From NCBI RefSeq assembly GCF_001194135.2, contig NC_068990.1, positions 43,447,756 to 43,511,755 on the forward strand: a stretch of 64,000 nt of DNA. The letters run 5' to 3'. The number at the start of each line of letters is the position of its first letter. Position 1 is the first letter of the stretch. This DNA is from Octopus bimaculoides (Eukaryota). The notes under the pieces were generated by a model. It did no database searches. It worked only from the letters and a program-made list of their open reading frames with translations, and was not told the origin of the DNA. Below are positions 38,807 through 52,015 of the stretch, one piece after another. The translations under genes were made by a program, and so were the position numbers.

Positions 38807-39170
38807 TTATGACCATGTTGTTGAAGTTTACTTCAGAAATGTATTAGACTTGTAAGTCAGTTTTTGTGGGAATCAACAGTACCCCAAGCTTTCATATCTG
38901 TCTACTAGTTAGAAAAGAAATTTTGAAAGGTCTCTCTCTTTCTCAGAATTTTGAAAATATTGGAATAAAAATTACTTCAATTTTAGTGCAGATAATGCTG
39001 GCATTATTAGTACTTCTGATGCCAATAGAAATGAATATAGAATTAAAGGCAACAAAGAAAATTGCATAGATGTAAACAAATGGAGAGATTTACACTATGT
39101 TGAAAATATCTCTGAATTTCTAGGACCAATACCAGGACTCACACAAAATTTTAAATGAAATAAGACCATT

Positions 39171-39210
<40 letters not shown>

Positions 39211-39733
39211 AATATACTCTTTCCTCAAAATTTATGTAAAATTATGACAAAAGAAATTTTTAAATACACTTAAAGAATATTTTCACCTTCCTAACTTTAG
39301 TGATGTGTACTGTTTAAATTACTACCACCAATGATAAACTCCAAACAAAAGAAACTTCTATATGTTAAAAATATCTAGCAATGTATCTATGATTATCAGA
39401 TCCAGGATCATTCTTGTGAGATATGCTGATGTATTTATAAGATGAAAATATAATCGTACACAAATTAATAGGGTAAAGTACATTTAAAAAAATTGTCTCT
39501 ATTCTATCTCCCTCCAGATTTTGTGTAGATATTTTCAGTATGTTGTAAGTTTCTTTTTCCGTGTTGTCTTCAGTCTTGTAGTCACTTTTGTTGACTAATG
39601 TTTGTCATCTAGGTTAAAAGTGAAAGTTTTCTCTCAATATTTTCAAGATTCTGAGAAAAAAACTTTCAACTTTGTTTCTTGTAACTTGAAGTGTCATTTT
39701 TCAAAATATGTACTTGAAAAACAAATTTACTGA
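38807..39733 (+). CDS. Candidate internal exons of an unidentified gene: 38807-38851, 39518-39544, 39613 onward
   Basis: Two GTAAGT donors; acceptors TCTATCTCCCTCCAG and TGACTAAT...CATCTAG; 68-nt intron 39545-39612. Phase-2 join gives YDHVVEVYFRNVLDLFCVDIFSMLLKVKVFSQYFQDSEKK. Alternative joins exist and no homology was recognised. Confidence 0.3.
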
Positions 39734-40427
39734 ATTTAGCTGTTATACTAATATTACATGCCAAAGTTTACTGATAACAATTATAAAATGTTTTTTATAT
39801 CAATTGGTCATCATATATCTCCAGTTATTTGTTGCAGTCTGTCCTATAACACAATCGTCAACAAAGAAAACCTGTCAATTTTTGTTGTGCATGTCTTACA
39901 GCATGAACTATATTATATTGTCACCTGCACTTCAGATGTTATCTATAGTAAAAACAATTTGGATTCCCCTCTACTTTGTATCGATTCTCATTTTAGTGTC
40001 ACTGCCTACAACAGCTTGTTCTTACACACACACACACACACACATAACAGCATCACCATTATTTTTATAATCCCCGTTGGCACAGGTTGGCTAGGTCTCA
40101 ATGTCTCATCCACTACAGTCCTTTCTCTTGTTTCCTGTCTCAGTTCTTTGATATCAGGTACACACAGCAGACCAACAAACCAACCTTGTGTCAGTCATCA
40201 ATTCCAGTTGAATTTTACAAACATTATGCAACATGGACTGATTGCACTTTTATCTTGGTATAACATTAAAGAGGTTGATTTCAAAGACAAGAATATCCTC
40301 AACTGTATGTTATCTCCAGTCAGTCCCTTTCTTGTTTTTCTCTTTATTTTTTCTAACTGTGATTTATTTTAATCTTACTTTTAAATTGAAACTAAATATT
40401 TCATGTATAAAATATAAATAGTCATTG

Positions 40428-41570
40428 TATCAAGTTGAGTAAAAAGTAAGAAACGCTTTGAACCATGAAGAATTTGTAGCAGAGTTTTGAATTCTTTTTA
40501 AACATTTTTTTTGCAATTTTCGGATAATACAGACATAGACTTGTCCAAATGCATCAATAAACTAACATTGATATTTTTTTCACTTTTGTTACAATTATCT
40601 GAAATGGAACTGTCAAAGCGTGATATGCAAGCAATTTTGCTATTCAACTTCAAAAAAGCCTGTAAAGCAGCTGAAACTGCTCGCGATATCAATGAAACAT
40701 TTGGTGAGGAAATGACCAGTGATTGGTTAGCTCCAAAATGGTTTAAACGATTTCGCATTGGAGCCCTGAGCCTTGAAGACCATGAGCGTAGTGGACGCCC
40801 ATCTGTCATCGATGACAGTCAATTAAAGACCATCATTGAAAAAGATCCACGTAAAACCACTCGATAACTGGCAAAAGAACTTCACATTAGCCAGAAAACT
40901 GCCTGCAACCATTTACATACGATTGGAAAATTAAAAAAGCTCGACTAATGGGTACCACATGATTTGAATGAAAATCAGAAAATGCACAGATAAGAAATTT
41001 GCTTGTCCTAAGTATTAGCTACCTGACATTATTCCATGTTCTCCACTTCTATTCTTTCCAGGTCTGTCTTTAGGCCTTTCTTTTAGCTTTTATGACTCCC
41101 TACCATGCTATTCTATTCTTTGTCAACCAGACTGATCCATTTCTCAACTGTATTGTAACTTGCGATGAAAAGTGGATTCTGTATAATAATAAAAAAACAT
41201 TCTTCACAGTGGTTGGACCAAAATGAAGCATTGAAAACCTATCCTAAACCCAGGCTCTTCAAAAAGAAGGTTATGGTAACTGTTTGGTGGTGTATTACTG
41301 GACTCATCCACTATAATTTCTTAAAATCCAGAAAAACTATTACTACAGAAACATATTGCCATGAAATTGCCAAAGTGAACGAAAAACTACTACTCCATCA
41401 CAGACTGGTAAACAGAAGAGGGCCAATCATTCTTCACGACAATGCTCGACCACACGTTTCACTCATGGCACTCCAGAAGTTGAGGGAACTAGGCTACGGC
41501 ATTTCCCCTACCGACTACCACTTTTTCATGTACCTTAATGGCAAGAAAAGGAGTTCAAAAATCAATTCCT
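40428..41570 (+). mobile_element. Mariner (Hsmar1/SETMAR-like) transposon, 3' truncated, with an internal foreign insert
   Basis: Left TIR-like TATCAAGTTGAGTAAAAAGTAAG; MELSKRDMQAILLFNFKK...SGRPS...DPRKTTR, WVPHDLNENQK, IVTCDEKWILY, ILHDNARPH. Confidence 0.92.
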
Positions 41571-41789
41571 AGACTAGGTGGTGTGTTGTGTTCTTGAGCA
41601 AAATCTCACATTGCTATGTGATAACTTTAACACCTGACATGTGGTATACTATGTACCTGATCAGGTAATGTTGTTTTGGTGGATGGTGTGAGCTAATGTA
41701 CAGCACATACATTTGATCACTATAAACAAATCACTTGTACAGGTGGTTCAGCAAGAAATTGCAGAGCCATCTTTTTCATACTACAAGAA

Positions 41790-43090
41790 AGTATCACACT
41801 AATATTACACTTCTAGCAGATCATGCTTGCTTCATTTCTCTGCAGTCACTAATCATGTTTCACTACCATACGACATTATACTTTGTACACATGCATTACA
41901 CAATCTTCTTTTATTTCAGAGAGTGAATTCCTTTGTTGCAAGCTGAAGTAATAATCTCCTAAACTTTTTCTACTAGATTCTTGCTCTGGCTACAATGTTT
42001 TTGGAACATTCTCTTCTACAACTAATTAGGGAGAAGACCTACCTTTTTTTCATGCAGCTAGATATTTTGTCTTTGCTAGGTTTATTTCAGAATGTTTGAT
42101 TCTAGGTTTTGCTTCCATAATTGGATTTGTTCGAAAGGTTCAATAAGTCATCAGCATATTGAAGATCTCATGGACACCTGGTCTTAAGCTTCTGTTATAA
42201 CTTAGAGATATATATTAAACAGGAGCAGGCTGAAAGTTAAAACCTTGATGGAGAACTATTTTCATGCTGAATTCCTCACTGAAGTTTTTGTTACTTTCAC
42301 CTTACTGGCAGTATCTCTTTGCATTACAACCAACAAACTATAGTGTTGTACCTTGTTAAAAAGGTACAGTGGCTTGCATGTTTGTTAAGAATGTCTTGTC
42401 TCACTAGGAAAGGTGCATCTGTGGTACTTCATCCTGACACAAACCCGAACTCTGTCTCATCTCGGTTCATTTTCTTAACTAGTTGTGCTGTAACACTTGC
42501 TGTTACTTACTTAAGTTGTTCCATCAGTTTGTGTCCTCTTTATATGCTTTGTTATAGATAATTTTCTTTGGTCTTATAGTACTTAGCAATAATACTGTTT
42601 TACAAGTGTGTCCAATGTCATCTGATATTTTCAGCATCTCATCATCTGCCCATGATGGTCCAGATGCTTTTCTTATTTCTTATCTATATGTCCTAAAAGT
42701 TATATTGGTTATGTAACTATTGATCCAGTTAGCTGGTCTTCAGACAGTCTCTCTTTCCTACACTTTCTCATTCAGTGGCAGCATTTCCATCTCTTGTTTC
42801 CTTTGGCTTCGGAGGGCAAGTACACTGCAGTCATTACATATATATATTTTTTCACCAGTGACATCCTTATTTATGGTGATAAATTGTTTTGCAATCCAAA
42901 GACACCTCATGTTTCTGATTCTAATGTCACTGAACATTGTTGAACCTCTTAATTTCCATTTTTCCCTTTGTCCTAAGTATTAGCTACCTGACATTATTCT
43001 ATGATCTCCACTTATATTCTTTCCAGGCCTGTCTTTAGGCCTTTCTTTTAGCTTTTATGACTACCTACCATGCTATTCTATTGTGTCAAC
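41790..43090 (-). mobile_element. RTE LINE reverse transcriptase fragment
   Basis: TATGCTGATGAC (YADD) on the minus strand at 42147-42158, preceded by a decayed HQG...SLLLF motif. Confidence 0.75.
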
Positions 43091-43861
43091 TTCCCATCTT
43101 TCTGGTTATTGCATTAATAGTAAATTATAATGCTAAAGCACTATATCATTTCATTTTCCATTTCAAATTCTTGTTATAAGTGTCTGCCAAAGTTCATATA
43201 TGTTCCTGTGTTTTTGTCACTAACTTATCTTGAATATGTTTATTTTCCTTCAATTTTCTTTTGTCGCAATTTTTTGATAAATATCTTCATGTGTGTTTTT
43301 GAAGAAATTTTAGTAATATAGTGAAATAAATATGGACTGTGAATACTTTATGATAGTTTTATTTCAAAAAGAAATCAGTTTGTAAAACTTCAAACTAGGC
43401 TAACTATGTGTTTATGCATATAAAGATATATATATACATATATATATATATATACTTGTATGTAGGGAAGGTCATTACACCAATAATAATAAAAACATGC
43501 ACTGGTTCAGTTTCATTCCTCTATTGTTAGTCAGTTGGTTAGTTTCCTAACCAACTAACTAATTGATTATTTATTTAATTTGTTGGTTAAATAATGAATC
43601 AGTTGTTTGTCAAAGTCCTTTCATTGCTATTTGCAACCTCATCAATGACATGCCCTCTCTCCTCTAGGTCTGTTCTGAATCTCAGAATCTTGCAAACCAA
43701 ATATGAAAGTTGTGTTTGTATGTATACATGAGTGCATGCACATGCATGTGTGCACATACACACAATTACTAATTAGGTGCAAAATAAGTTGAGAAAAAGT
43801 ATCCCTCAGATACAAAAGGCAGAGTAAAATGCTTTTTTATTGACATTAGTCTGTATTATCA

Positions 43862-43903
43862 CTACTGTCTGAAGAACTGTTACATGAAACTGAGTAACAG
43901 AGG
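43862..43903 (+). ncRNA. Minimal type I hammerhead ribozyme motif (Penelope-like element type), degenerate stem II
   Basis: CTACTGT-CTGAAGA-ACTGTTACAT-GAAA-CTGAG-TA-ACAGAGG: intact CUGANGA, GAAA and UH core, stem I 6 of 7 pairs, near-palindromic stem III. Confidence 0.55.
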
Positions 43904-43914
43904 TTTTCTTTTGG

Positions 43915-43949
<35 letters not shown>

Positions 43950-44489
43950 NNNNNNNNNNNNNNNNNNNNNNNNNNNNNNNNNNNNNNNNNNNNNNNNNNN
44001 NNNNNNNNNNNNNNNNNNNNNNNNNNNNNNNNNNNNNNNNNNNNNNNNNNNNNNNNNNNNNNNNNNNNNNNNNNNNNNNNNNNNNNNNNNNNNNNNNNNN
44101 NNNNNNNNNNNNNNNNNNNNNNNNNNNNNNNNNNNNNNNNNNNNNNNNNNNNNNNNNNNNNNNNNNNNNNNNNNNNNNNNNNNNNNNNNNNNNNNNNNNN
44201 NNNNNNNNNNNNNNNNNNNNNNNNNNNNNNNNNNNNNNNNNNNNNNNNNNNNNNNNNNNNNNNNNNNNNNNNNNNNNNNNNNNNNNNNNNNNNNNNNNNN
44301 NNNNNNNNNNNNNNNNNNNNNNNNNNNNNNNNNNNNNNNNNNNNNNNNNNNNNNNNNNNNNNNNNNNNNNNNNNNNNNNNNNNNNNNNNNNNNNNNNNNN
44401 NNNNNNNNNNNNNNNNNNNNNNNNNNNNNNNNNNNNNNNNNNNNNNNNNNNNNNNNNNNNNNNNNNNNNNNNNNNNNNNNNNNNNNNNN
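43950..44489. other. Assembly gap flanked by (TA)n
   Basis: N run. Confidence 1.
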
Positions 44490-44541
44490 TGAAACTCAGA
44501 GTAACGGTTTTTTGTTATATTTCTGCTGCTTTTAAATAAAG
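44490..44541 (+). mobile_element. Second copy of the hammerhead-bearing repeat (3' half visible, 5' half in the gap)
   Basis: TGAAACTCAGAGTAACGGT: GAAA, palindromic ACTCAGAGT, UA site and an ACGGT strand able to pair with ACTGT; followed by AATAAAG and (TA)n. Confidence 0.45.
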
Positions 44542-44556
44542 TATATATATATATAT

Positions 44557-44885
44557 CATCATCATCATCATCATCATCGTTTAACGTCCACTTTCCTTGC
44601 TAGCATGGGTTGGACGATTTGACTGAGGACTGGTGAACCGGATGGCTACACCAGGCTCCAATCTGATTTGGCAGAGTTTCTACAGCTGGATGCCCTTCCT
44701 AACGCCAACCACTCCAAGAGTGTAGTGGGTGTTTTTACGTGCCACCGGCACGAAAGCCAGTCAGGTGGTACTGGCAACGACCATGCACAAAATGGTGTAT
44801 TTTACGTGCCACCTGCACAGGAGCCAGTCCAGCGGCACTGGCACGATCTCGCTCGAATGTCTTTACACATGCCACCAGCACATAC
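44557..44885 (-). mobile_element. RTE-family 3' tail element, young
   Basis: (CAT)n-CGTTTAACGTCC...; counterpart of 15371-15618. Confidence 0.85.
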
Positions 44886-47800
44886 ATATAAATAACCAAA
44901 CTGGGGTATAATGGGGAAAATGTTTTGAAAGTAAGGTAACATTGAAATATGAATACAAACAGAATAACATAAATTTTGAGTAAATTGGACCATAGATTCC
45001 TGATATATATATATATATATATAATGGCATGGTTGTGTGGTTAATATGTTTGCTTTGCTGTGACATGGCTTTGAGTGTCTTCTACTGTATCACTGGATCA
45101 ATCAATACCATGTGAGAGAATTTGATAGTTTGAAACTGTATGATGCCTATTGTGTGGGTGGGGTGGGGGGACAATGTTTATATCGGTCATGATTAAACTG
45201 GCCTATGGGACTTCCTGAATAGAGTGCCAATGAAAAAGTACTTTGAAATTTTTTCTTTAGTCGTGTGGTTTGCCTGATGATGAATCATATCATGTAGTCC
45301 ACTTCTCGAGAAAAGTTGCCCGTGGCTGGTGTGTTGTGGCTGGACCAAAATGCTTGTTACTACTCAAACAGGTTTTGAGCAACATTCTGATGGTCTTCAA
45401 GCCACGTCAAAATGCTGATGTTGACATTGTGGCTGATCATCTTGTACTTTTGGATACCTTTGGGTTACAGATGCCCCTTACTTGAAAAACAGGTAAGAGT
45501 TGGCAGCAAGAAGAGCATCCTGTTATAAAATCTCTGTCCAAACCCATAGCAACATTCAGCCTCTTTTAGAGAATTCTTCCTATGTTGTTTGTCTCATTAA
45601 CATAAGTATCTGTCAATGTAGTTTCTCTTTGATTGAATAAACTGCCATGATCTCTTACTTATTCTTATGTATGTGTGTCTGCATAAGTATGTATATATAT
45701 GTGTGTGTGTGTGTGTGTATACACACAATTATTAAAGAGGACAACAAGCATTAAGTAGGCCAATCATCATTTAGCATCTGCTTTCCATGCTGGCATGGGT
45801 TAGACGGTTTGACTGAAACTGGTAAGTTGTAGGGCTACACCAGGTTCTAATCTGATTTGGCATGGTTTCTACAGCTAGATGCCCTTCTTAATGTCAACCA
45901 CTCAAAGAGTGTAATGGATGTCTTTTTTTTTGTTTTTTACTCATTTCAATTGTTGGACTGCTGCCATTCTGGAGCTCCACCTTCAATAGGTTAATTGAAC
46001 AATATCAACTCCAGTGTTTATTGTATCGATCTCATTTGCTTACGTGCTAAGTTATGGGGATATAATCAAACCAACACTGGTTGTCAACTAGTGGTGGGGG
46101 ACAAGCACAAAGCTACACATATATATTTATAACAGGCTTCTTTCAATTTCCATCTATTAAATCCATTTCAGGTTATAGTAGAAGACATTTGCCCAAGGTG
46201 CCACACAGTGGGACTGAATTTATATACAGTCCCACTGTATATAAATATGTGTGTGTATTGTGAAAGTGCATGGCTGAGTGGTTATGGTGCTGCACTCATG
46301 GTTGCTAAATCTTGGGTTCAGTTCTTGAACTAGGCAGCGCATTGTGTTGAACATCATTATTCTGCTGGTCAGAGGGGCAGAATTGTTGGCATGTCAGCAG
46401 AAATGCCTTAATGTATATCCACCAGCTCTACATTCTGAGTTGAATCTCACCTGCCTGGAGAAGGTAACAGGAAACCACTCTAGTATTGATCCCAAGTCTA
46501 GTCATGTTAGACAAAGTTCTAGTAATCTACTTAACGATGGTAGGTGGGAGTACTGGTCCTCCCTAGTTGTATAGAGAGTGCTGGAGAAGGTTCACATGCA
46601 TAGGATATGCCTAAGGACAAACAACTACATATGTTTCATTCATGGTCTGTATCAGAAATTTCCATGGTGACAATGTATGAACCAATAAAACGATCTTAAG
46701 GAAAGTTAAAATCAGAAGACATTTTGTGATTGACTCTCATAGTGCATTTTCTTTCAGTGCGATATCTCATTATCATCAGATCATCTTGCCATTTTTATTT
46801 TGTGAACAAAGATAGGATTAAGACAGTGTCAAGACATGGTTAATTTGTTAGAATTGACTTCAGAAATGTTGCAGCCATTACAGGATGTTTGCAAGTTAGT
46901 AATAAGGGAAGCATGACAGACTTTGAAGAAGTGAGAACACTTTGGCAAAAAGCTCTGTCTTCCACATTGCATTGTATGTTCTGAAGTGACCTATATATAC
47001 TGGAGGTATTATGGAAGGCAAATAAAACTTGAAAAAAGACTATGTATCAGAAATGCCAATACTATTTTGAATACATGGACAGAATGGTCTGTCCAGGGAA
47101 GACTGTTATGATTTAGGGATGGGTAGTAGTATCTGATACTTGCTGACGAGATACCTAATACTGAGTAAGCATAAAGGTGTCAGTAAAACTGGTTAGCTAG
47201 GTTATCATCATTTAATGTCTGTTTTCCATGTTGGCATGGGTTGGATGGTTTGGCAAGATCAAGTAAGCTACAGGGCTGTGCCAACTTCCTGTGTTGGCTT
47301 TGGCATAGTTTCTATAGCTGGATTCCCTTTCTAATGCCAACCACATTGCATTGTGTACTGAGTGCTTTTTTTATGCTACTGGCAATAGTGTGGTTGCTGA
47401 GTAACTTGGTTACATAGAAAAAAAAGAACAGGCCAGATGAAAAAGCTCTTGCTTCTAAGTGATGGAGAGCAAGGAGTATTTGAGAGGTGAAGGCAGCTTT
47501 ATAGCAAGTGTTGAAAGGCTAAAGTTTAAAAGAGGTACAAGCAGAGATGTCTTGCTATAGAGAAGATACATTGCTACCCCACCTTGAGAAGGGAATAAAA
47601 GAAGGTAATGATATCAAACCATTATCTAACACCTGTCTGCAATTTTAACAAAGCAGTAAAACAATTGTAAATTCAAGTTAGGATGACAATGTAGTACAAA
47701 GAAAAACACCTTACAAAACATTATCACCTATCAAGTATTGCAATCATTTTTTTAACAGCTCCCCACCTCTGTTTTACATCCTTGGTGTCAACTCTGGTGA

Positions 47801-50800
47801 TACACTTGAAGACAGTATTAAATATCTCAGTAGAAAATTGGACTGATTTTTTTTCTCTCCTCTTTTTCGCTTTACTGCCAGATTTAGCAATTTTGATCAT
47901 TTACGTGTGTGTATAGACATGTATGTATACATACATACATACAAGTGTGTGATATAGTAATTTGGTCAAAATGTCCAAGTTTAGATGAATTGATAATTTC
48001 TTCAAATATTGCAAGACTTTAAATCTTGGCACAGATTTAGTTTATCTTAAATGATTACATCATTTCGATAGTTTAAAAAGGACTGTCTGAAATGTTGGAT
48101 ACTCCACTCCCAATATACCTCACCATACTTAATCATCATTGTTTAACATTTACTTTTCCATGCTTGCATGGGCTGGGCAGAGTTTACTGAGGTAGATTTT
48201 CTATGACTAGAGGCAGAAATATTTCATTTCTGGTGAGTTACTAACTCTACTTGACATCTCACATATCTAGGATGGTGCTGTTACTTATGCATGTATGTCT
48301 CATAGACCACACCCCAAAGGCCATTTACATTTACTTTTCAACAACCACTAGCCCATAGGTATGTTGTTTTGTTTCTGGATCATGTTTCACTGAATGAAAA
48401 AGCTATGTACCACTTCTTCTCCAACACATTTGCCTCTCCTCTCATTGTCCCTACTGTTTTTCATTCCCCATACAATTCATTTTCCCCCATAACTGCCATC
48501 CTTTGAAATTCCTTCTTATCACCCATATTTTTCTTTGAAAATCATTCTCAGAGTATACTAATATTAAAGTGAATCTGTTTTTTATTTTTTTCTTCTTGTT
48601 ATTCACAAGAATTTTCTAATTGTAAATTGGTTTTACAAAATAGTTCTTGTTTGTTATGTTTATATTTAATTGCTTTATGTTGTTTGGATATTCCAGCTGA
48701 CATTAACAGATTTATTTTTGGAATTGGGCTTTGGTTAGACTGCCAGTCAGAAACATTTGAACTGTTGAAAAATTTTCTTATTAGACATTTAAGATAATGA
48801 ATAAGTTTTCAAAAGAAAAAGATGTAAACATTGTTAAAGTAAATAAATTTCTTTCTCTAAAGTAATTCTATGAAGTTTCTTCAATCTGCTTGTTTTTCAA
48901 TAATGAAAGAAATAGAGATGTATAAAGTGATGTACAGTCTTCCTTTTCCTCCACTTTCAATTCGTTTTGGCACATGATTTGTTAATCAAATATGTTTGAT
49001 GAAGCTTGTATGGTCAACCTCCCTCTGATCTACTATTTGACTAGCAAGTTAAGATAAATCCACAAGATATACTTTCCTGGCTTGTGACATCTCTATTGAA
49101 GGCAGAACCATTTTATGCAAGTGTTTCCTTCAGTTTTCTGTACCTACTGTAATTTTTGAGTATTTAAACAAATTGGCTGCTTGTTTCTCTGGGATTGGTC
49201 AAACCAATGTAGATACCTATGATGAGAATCCAATAAGATTTAAAAATTGGTTAGTTGTCATTTTTTTTTTCAATCTACAAAGAAACAGCTGAATTAGTGC
49301 AGTACTGTATAGGTTATATATATTAAGATATTCATTTCAAGCATTATATAATGTCAATATTTAGATAGAAAAAATTCAAGAATAAATGCATAAAGTGCTG
49401 CAAAAGAAACTGATTTAAAATATTCACAAGTTATATTATTTTCACATTCTTAAAGTATACTGGAGTCAATTTTAATAGATGGGCCTCCTCTCTCTAAATT
49501 TCAGTCTTTAGGCCTCTATTAGAACTTCTTCCAGTACTGAGAAAATACAAATTATTGTAATTCAAAGAACATTTTTTAGTTATTTTTATTGGCTTTTCTA
49601 ACATAGATTAATCCTTAACATCTTATATGCCATGACTCTGTCCAACAGGACATGAATCTCTGTTCTGAACCCATGAAACTACTTGAATCTAAAACTCTCT
49701 TTGTATTTGTTTTAAAGGAAATTATGAACTCTCCCTAAACTAAGGGAGAAAATTTTAATCCCTTCCTCTATATTTTAATTACACTTAGTAATGTTTGCTA
49801 TCAAAATTCACATGTTATGGGACTTTTACAATTTATTTTAAAAAAATTTTTTTTTTAAACAAAACTTTCATACATACAATGTTGTATCTGAAAGGTGTTA
49901 CTCAGCTTATCTGTAAATTTCATAATGAAAAAATGTCGGGGAAAAAACATTGGTGTTTTGTTTATATATATTATTGTGAGGTTTATGTGCCTATGTCTGT
50001 TAATAATTGCATTTAATTTATTTACTAACATCTTTTTTTTTTATCACCTTTCTTGAGTGTATATATATTTTTTTAAAGTTATAAATGAACTATCATATGT
50101 GCAGCATTTATTTTTAGCAAAAATGATTGTTTGCGTTGAAAAACTTAAGTCCTTTCTGCAATACTGCCAATTTTCACAGTAATCTAACCACTAGTAAATA
50201 CATTATAAACATTTGAATAAACAAACTTTTTCGTTTGTGAAATATATTTTTCTGCTCTGTCGTTACTGAGCTTTTAACTTTAAAATTTTTTAGCAGGATA
50301 TTAAGAGTTAAAATATTTTTTTAGGTTCGTGTTGATATGGTTACTATACAAATTGGAATTTTTGTTGAAGTATTTTTAATTCTCTTTGTATATCCAGTGT
50401 GTGTTTTGGTTTTGGGAATACGTATGCTGTATCTCTGCATATCTTAAGAGATGACTAAAAGTGCTGGCATCAGAAAAGGCATCCAGCCATGAACCATTGC
50501 CTGAAAAAGTCTTGCCCGACATGGAAAAGTAGACTTGAAAACAATGGTGATATCCTTAACCAGTTGTGGAATATAGGAGTGGCACATATTGAGAGCCATT
50601 CATATTGTAGCAAATAATGTGACCAACTCAGTGAGGTAACTCAATGACTTTAGCTTGTATTGATGACACCTTGCAATCAGTGGTTTAGAACCTGTATTCT
50701 CACAATAATTATCTTAGATAAATATTATTAATGCTTTAAAGATATTTGTTTCTTTTGTTATCTTAATGTGAAAACTATTGAAGAGCACAGTTTAAAGCTG

Positions 50801-51611
50801 TTTGTCTCTTCAAGAACTTAAAAGTTGAGCAGTCAAGTGTATCTTTCTCTGCTCTACTTCAGTAAACACTGGTGAAATGAACTGTAGTGTATTTGGAACA
50901 AGAAAAATAGGAAATGATTATCGAGGAAAAAAAAAAATTGATTTTTTTTTTCCATGACTGACTGAACATGATCAATAGTGTGAACAGTGGTAAACATCAA
51001 TTACGATGATGGGAGAATACAAATGTTGCTGTTGAGAGGAAAGAATACAGTCAAGGCAGTAAGTGCAGCTTGATTGCATCAAAACAATTGAGTTGCATCC
51101 TTAATAGGATTGGGTTCATTATGGAATCATCAGCAACATAAAGCAGTATTTCTGTTTTGTGATTGGCTCATTTCTTTGTGAACCAATTCATGATTCTGGT
51201 CATGGAGTTTAATGATATACTACTAGTCACTCTTTACTCAGTATCCAGGCTGACAGACAGCCTACCCAACAAACTTCCTTGATAAGATTTTAGATGGGGA
51301 CCACATGTTTTCAAATCTGAAATCTCTCAGTAAATATGGGATAGCCAAGTCTTGAAATATCAATTTAGCAATGAAAGCTGAAGGGAACTAAATGTTTTAC
51401 ATCTACTGAAACTATTACACAAATTCTTAAGGAAAATATTTTTCCTGTATTTAGTTTGTATTAATGGTCCAAAAATCTTGGCTTTCTGTTGTTTTTTTTT
51501 TATATATATATAACTACTTTAACCTGTATAATTTCAGTTTTAAGCAGTTTCCATTATATTCTCTTATTAGCAATTTAAGACTAGGTCTTCAATTATAGCA
51601 ACTTTCAAATA

Positions 51612-52015
51612 TCAGGTCATCCCATAAGTTCTGTCCGAATTTTGAATAAAGAAAACAAGTTATCAAATGTGGTATTTAATTGAAATTTAATCATCAATGT
51701 ACTTTCCCTGATTATCTATGACTTCCTTCCATCTATTTACAAGCTTTTTAATCCCATCAATGTAAAACTCTTTCAGTTTCAAAGCGAAGAACTCTGAAAT
51801 GTTAGTTTCGACCTCCTCCTGGCTTGCGAAAGTTATGTCCCCTAAATGCTTCTGTAAGCTACGAAACAAATGGTAGTCTGAAGGTGCATGGTCGAGAGAA
51901 TAAGGTGGATGAGGAATTTTTTCCCAGCCAAGCTCTTCGATCTTCTGTGATGTGATCTTTGCAGTGTGGAGTCATGCATTGTCCTGATGAAACATCACTC
52001 CTTTTCGATTCACTA
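51612..52015 (-). mobile_element. Mariner 3' fragment with TIR
   Basis: HAPSDYHLFRSLQKHL...GIKKLVNRWKEVIDNQGKYIDD*; TIR-like ATCAGGTCATCCCATAAGTTCTGTCC at about 51611-51637. Confidence 0.88.

Noticed and set aside
43884-44492. Long ORFs containing X runs (also 20209..20460 and 30335..30727)
   Set aside because: Artefacts of assembly gaps.
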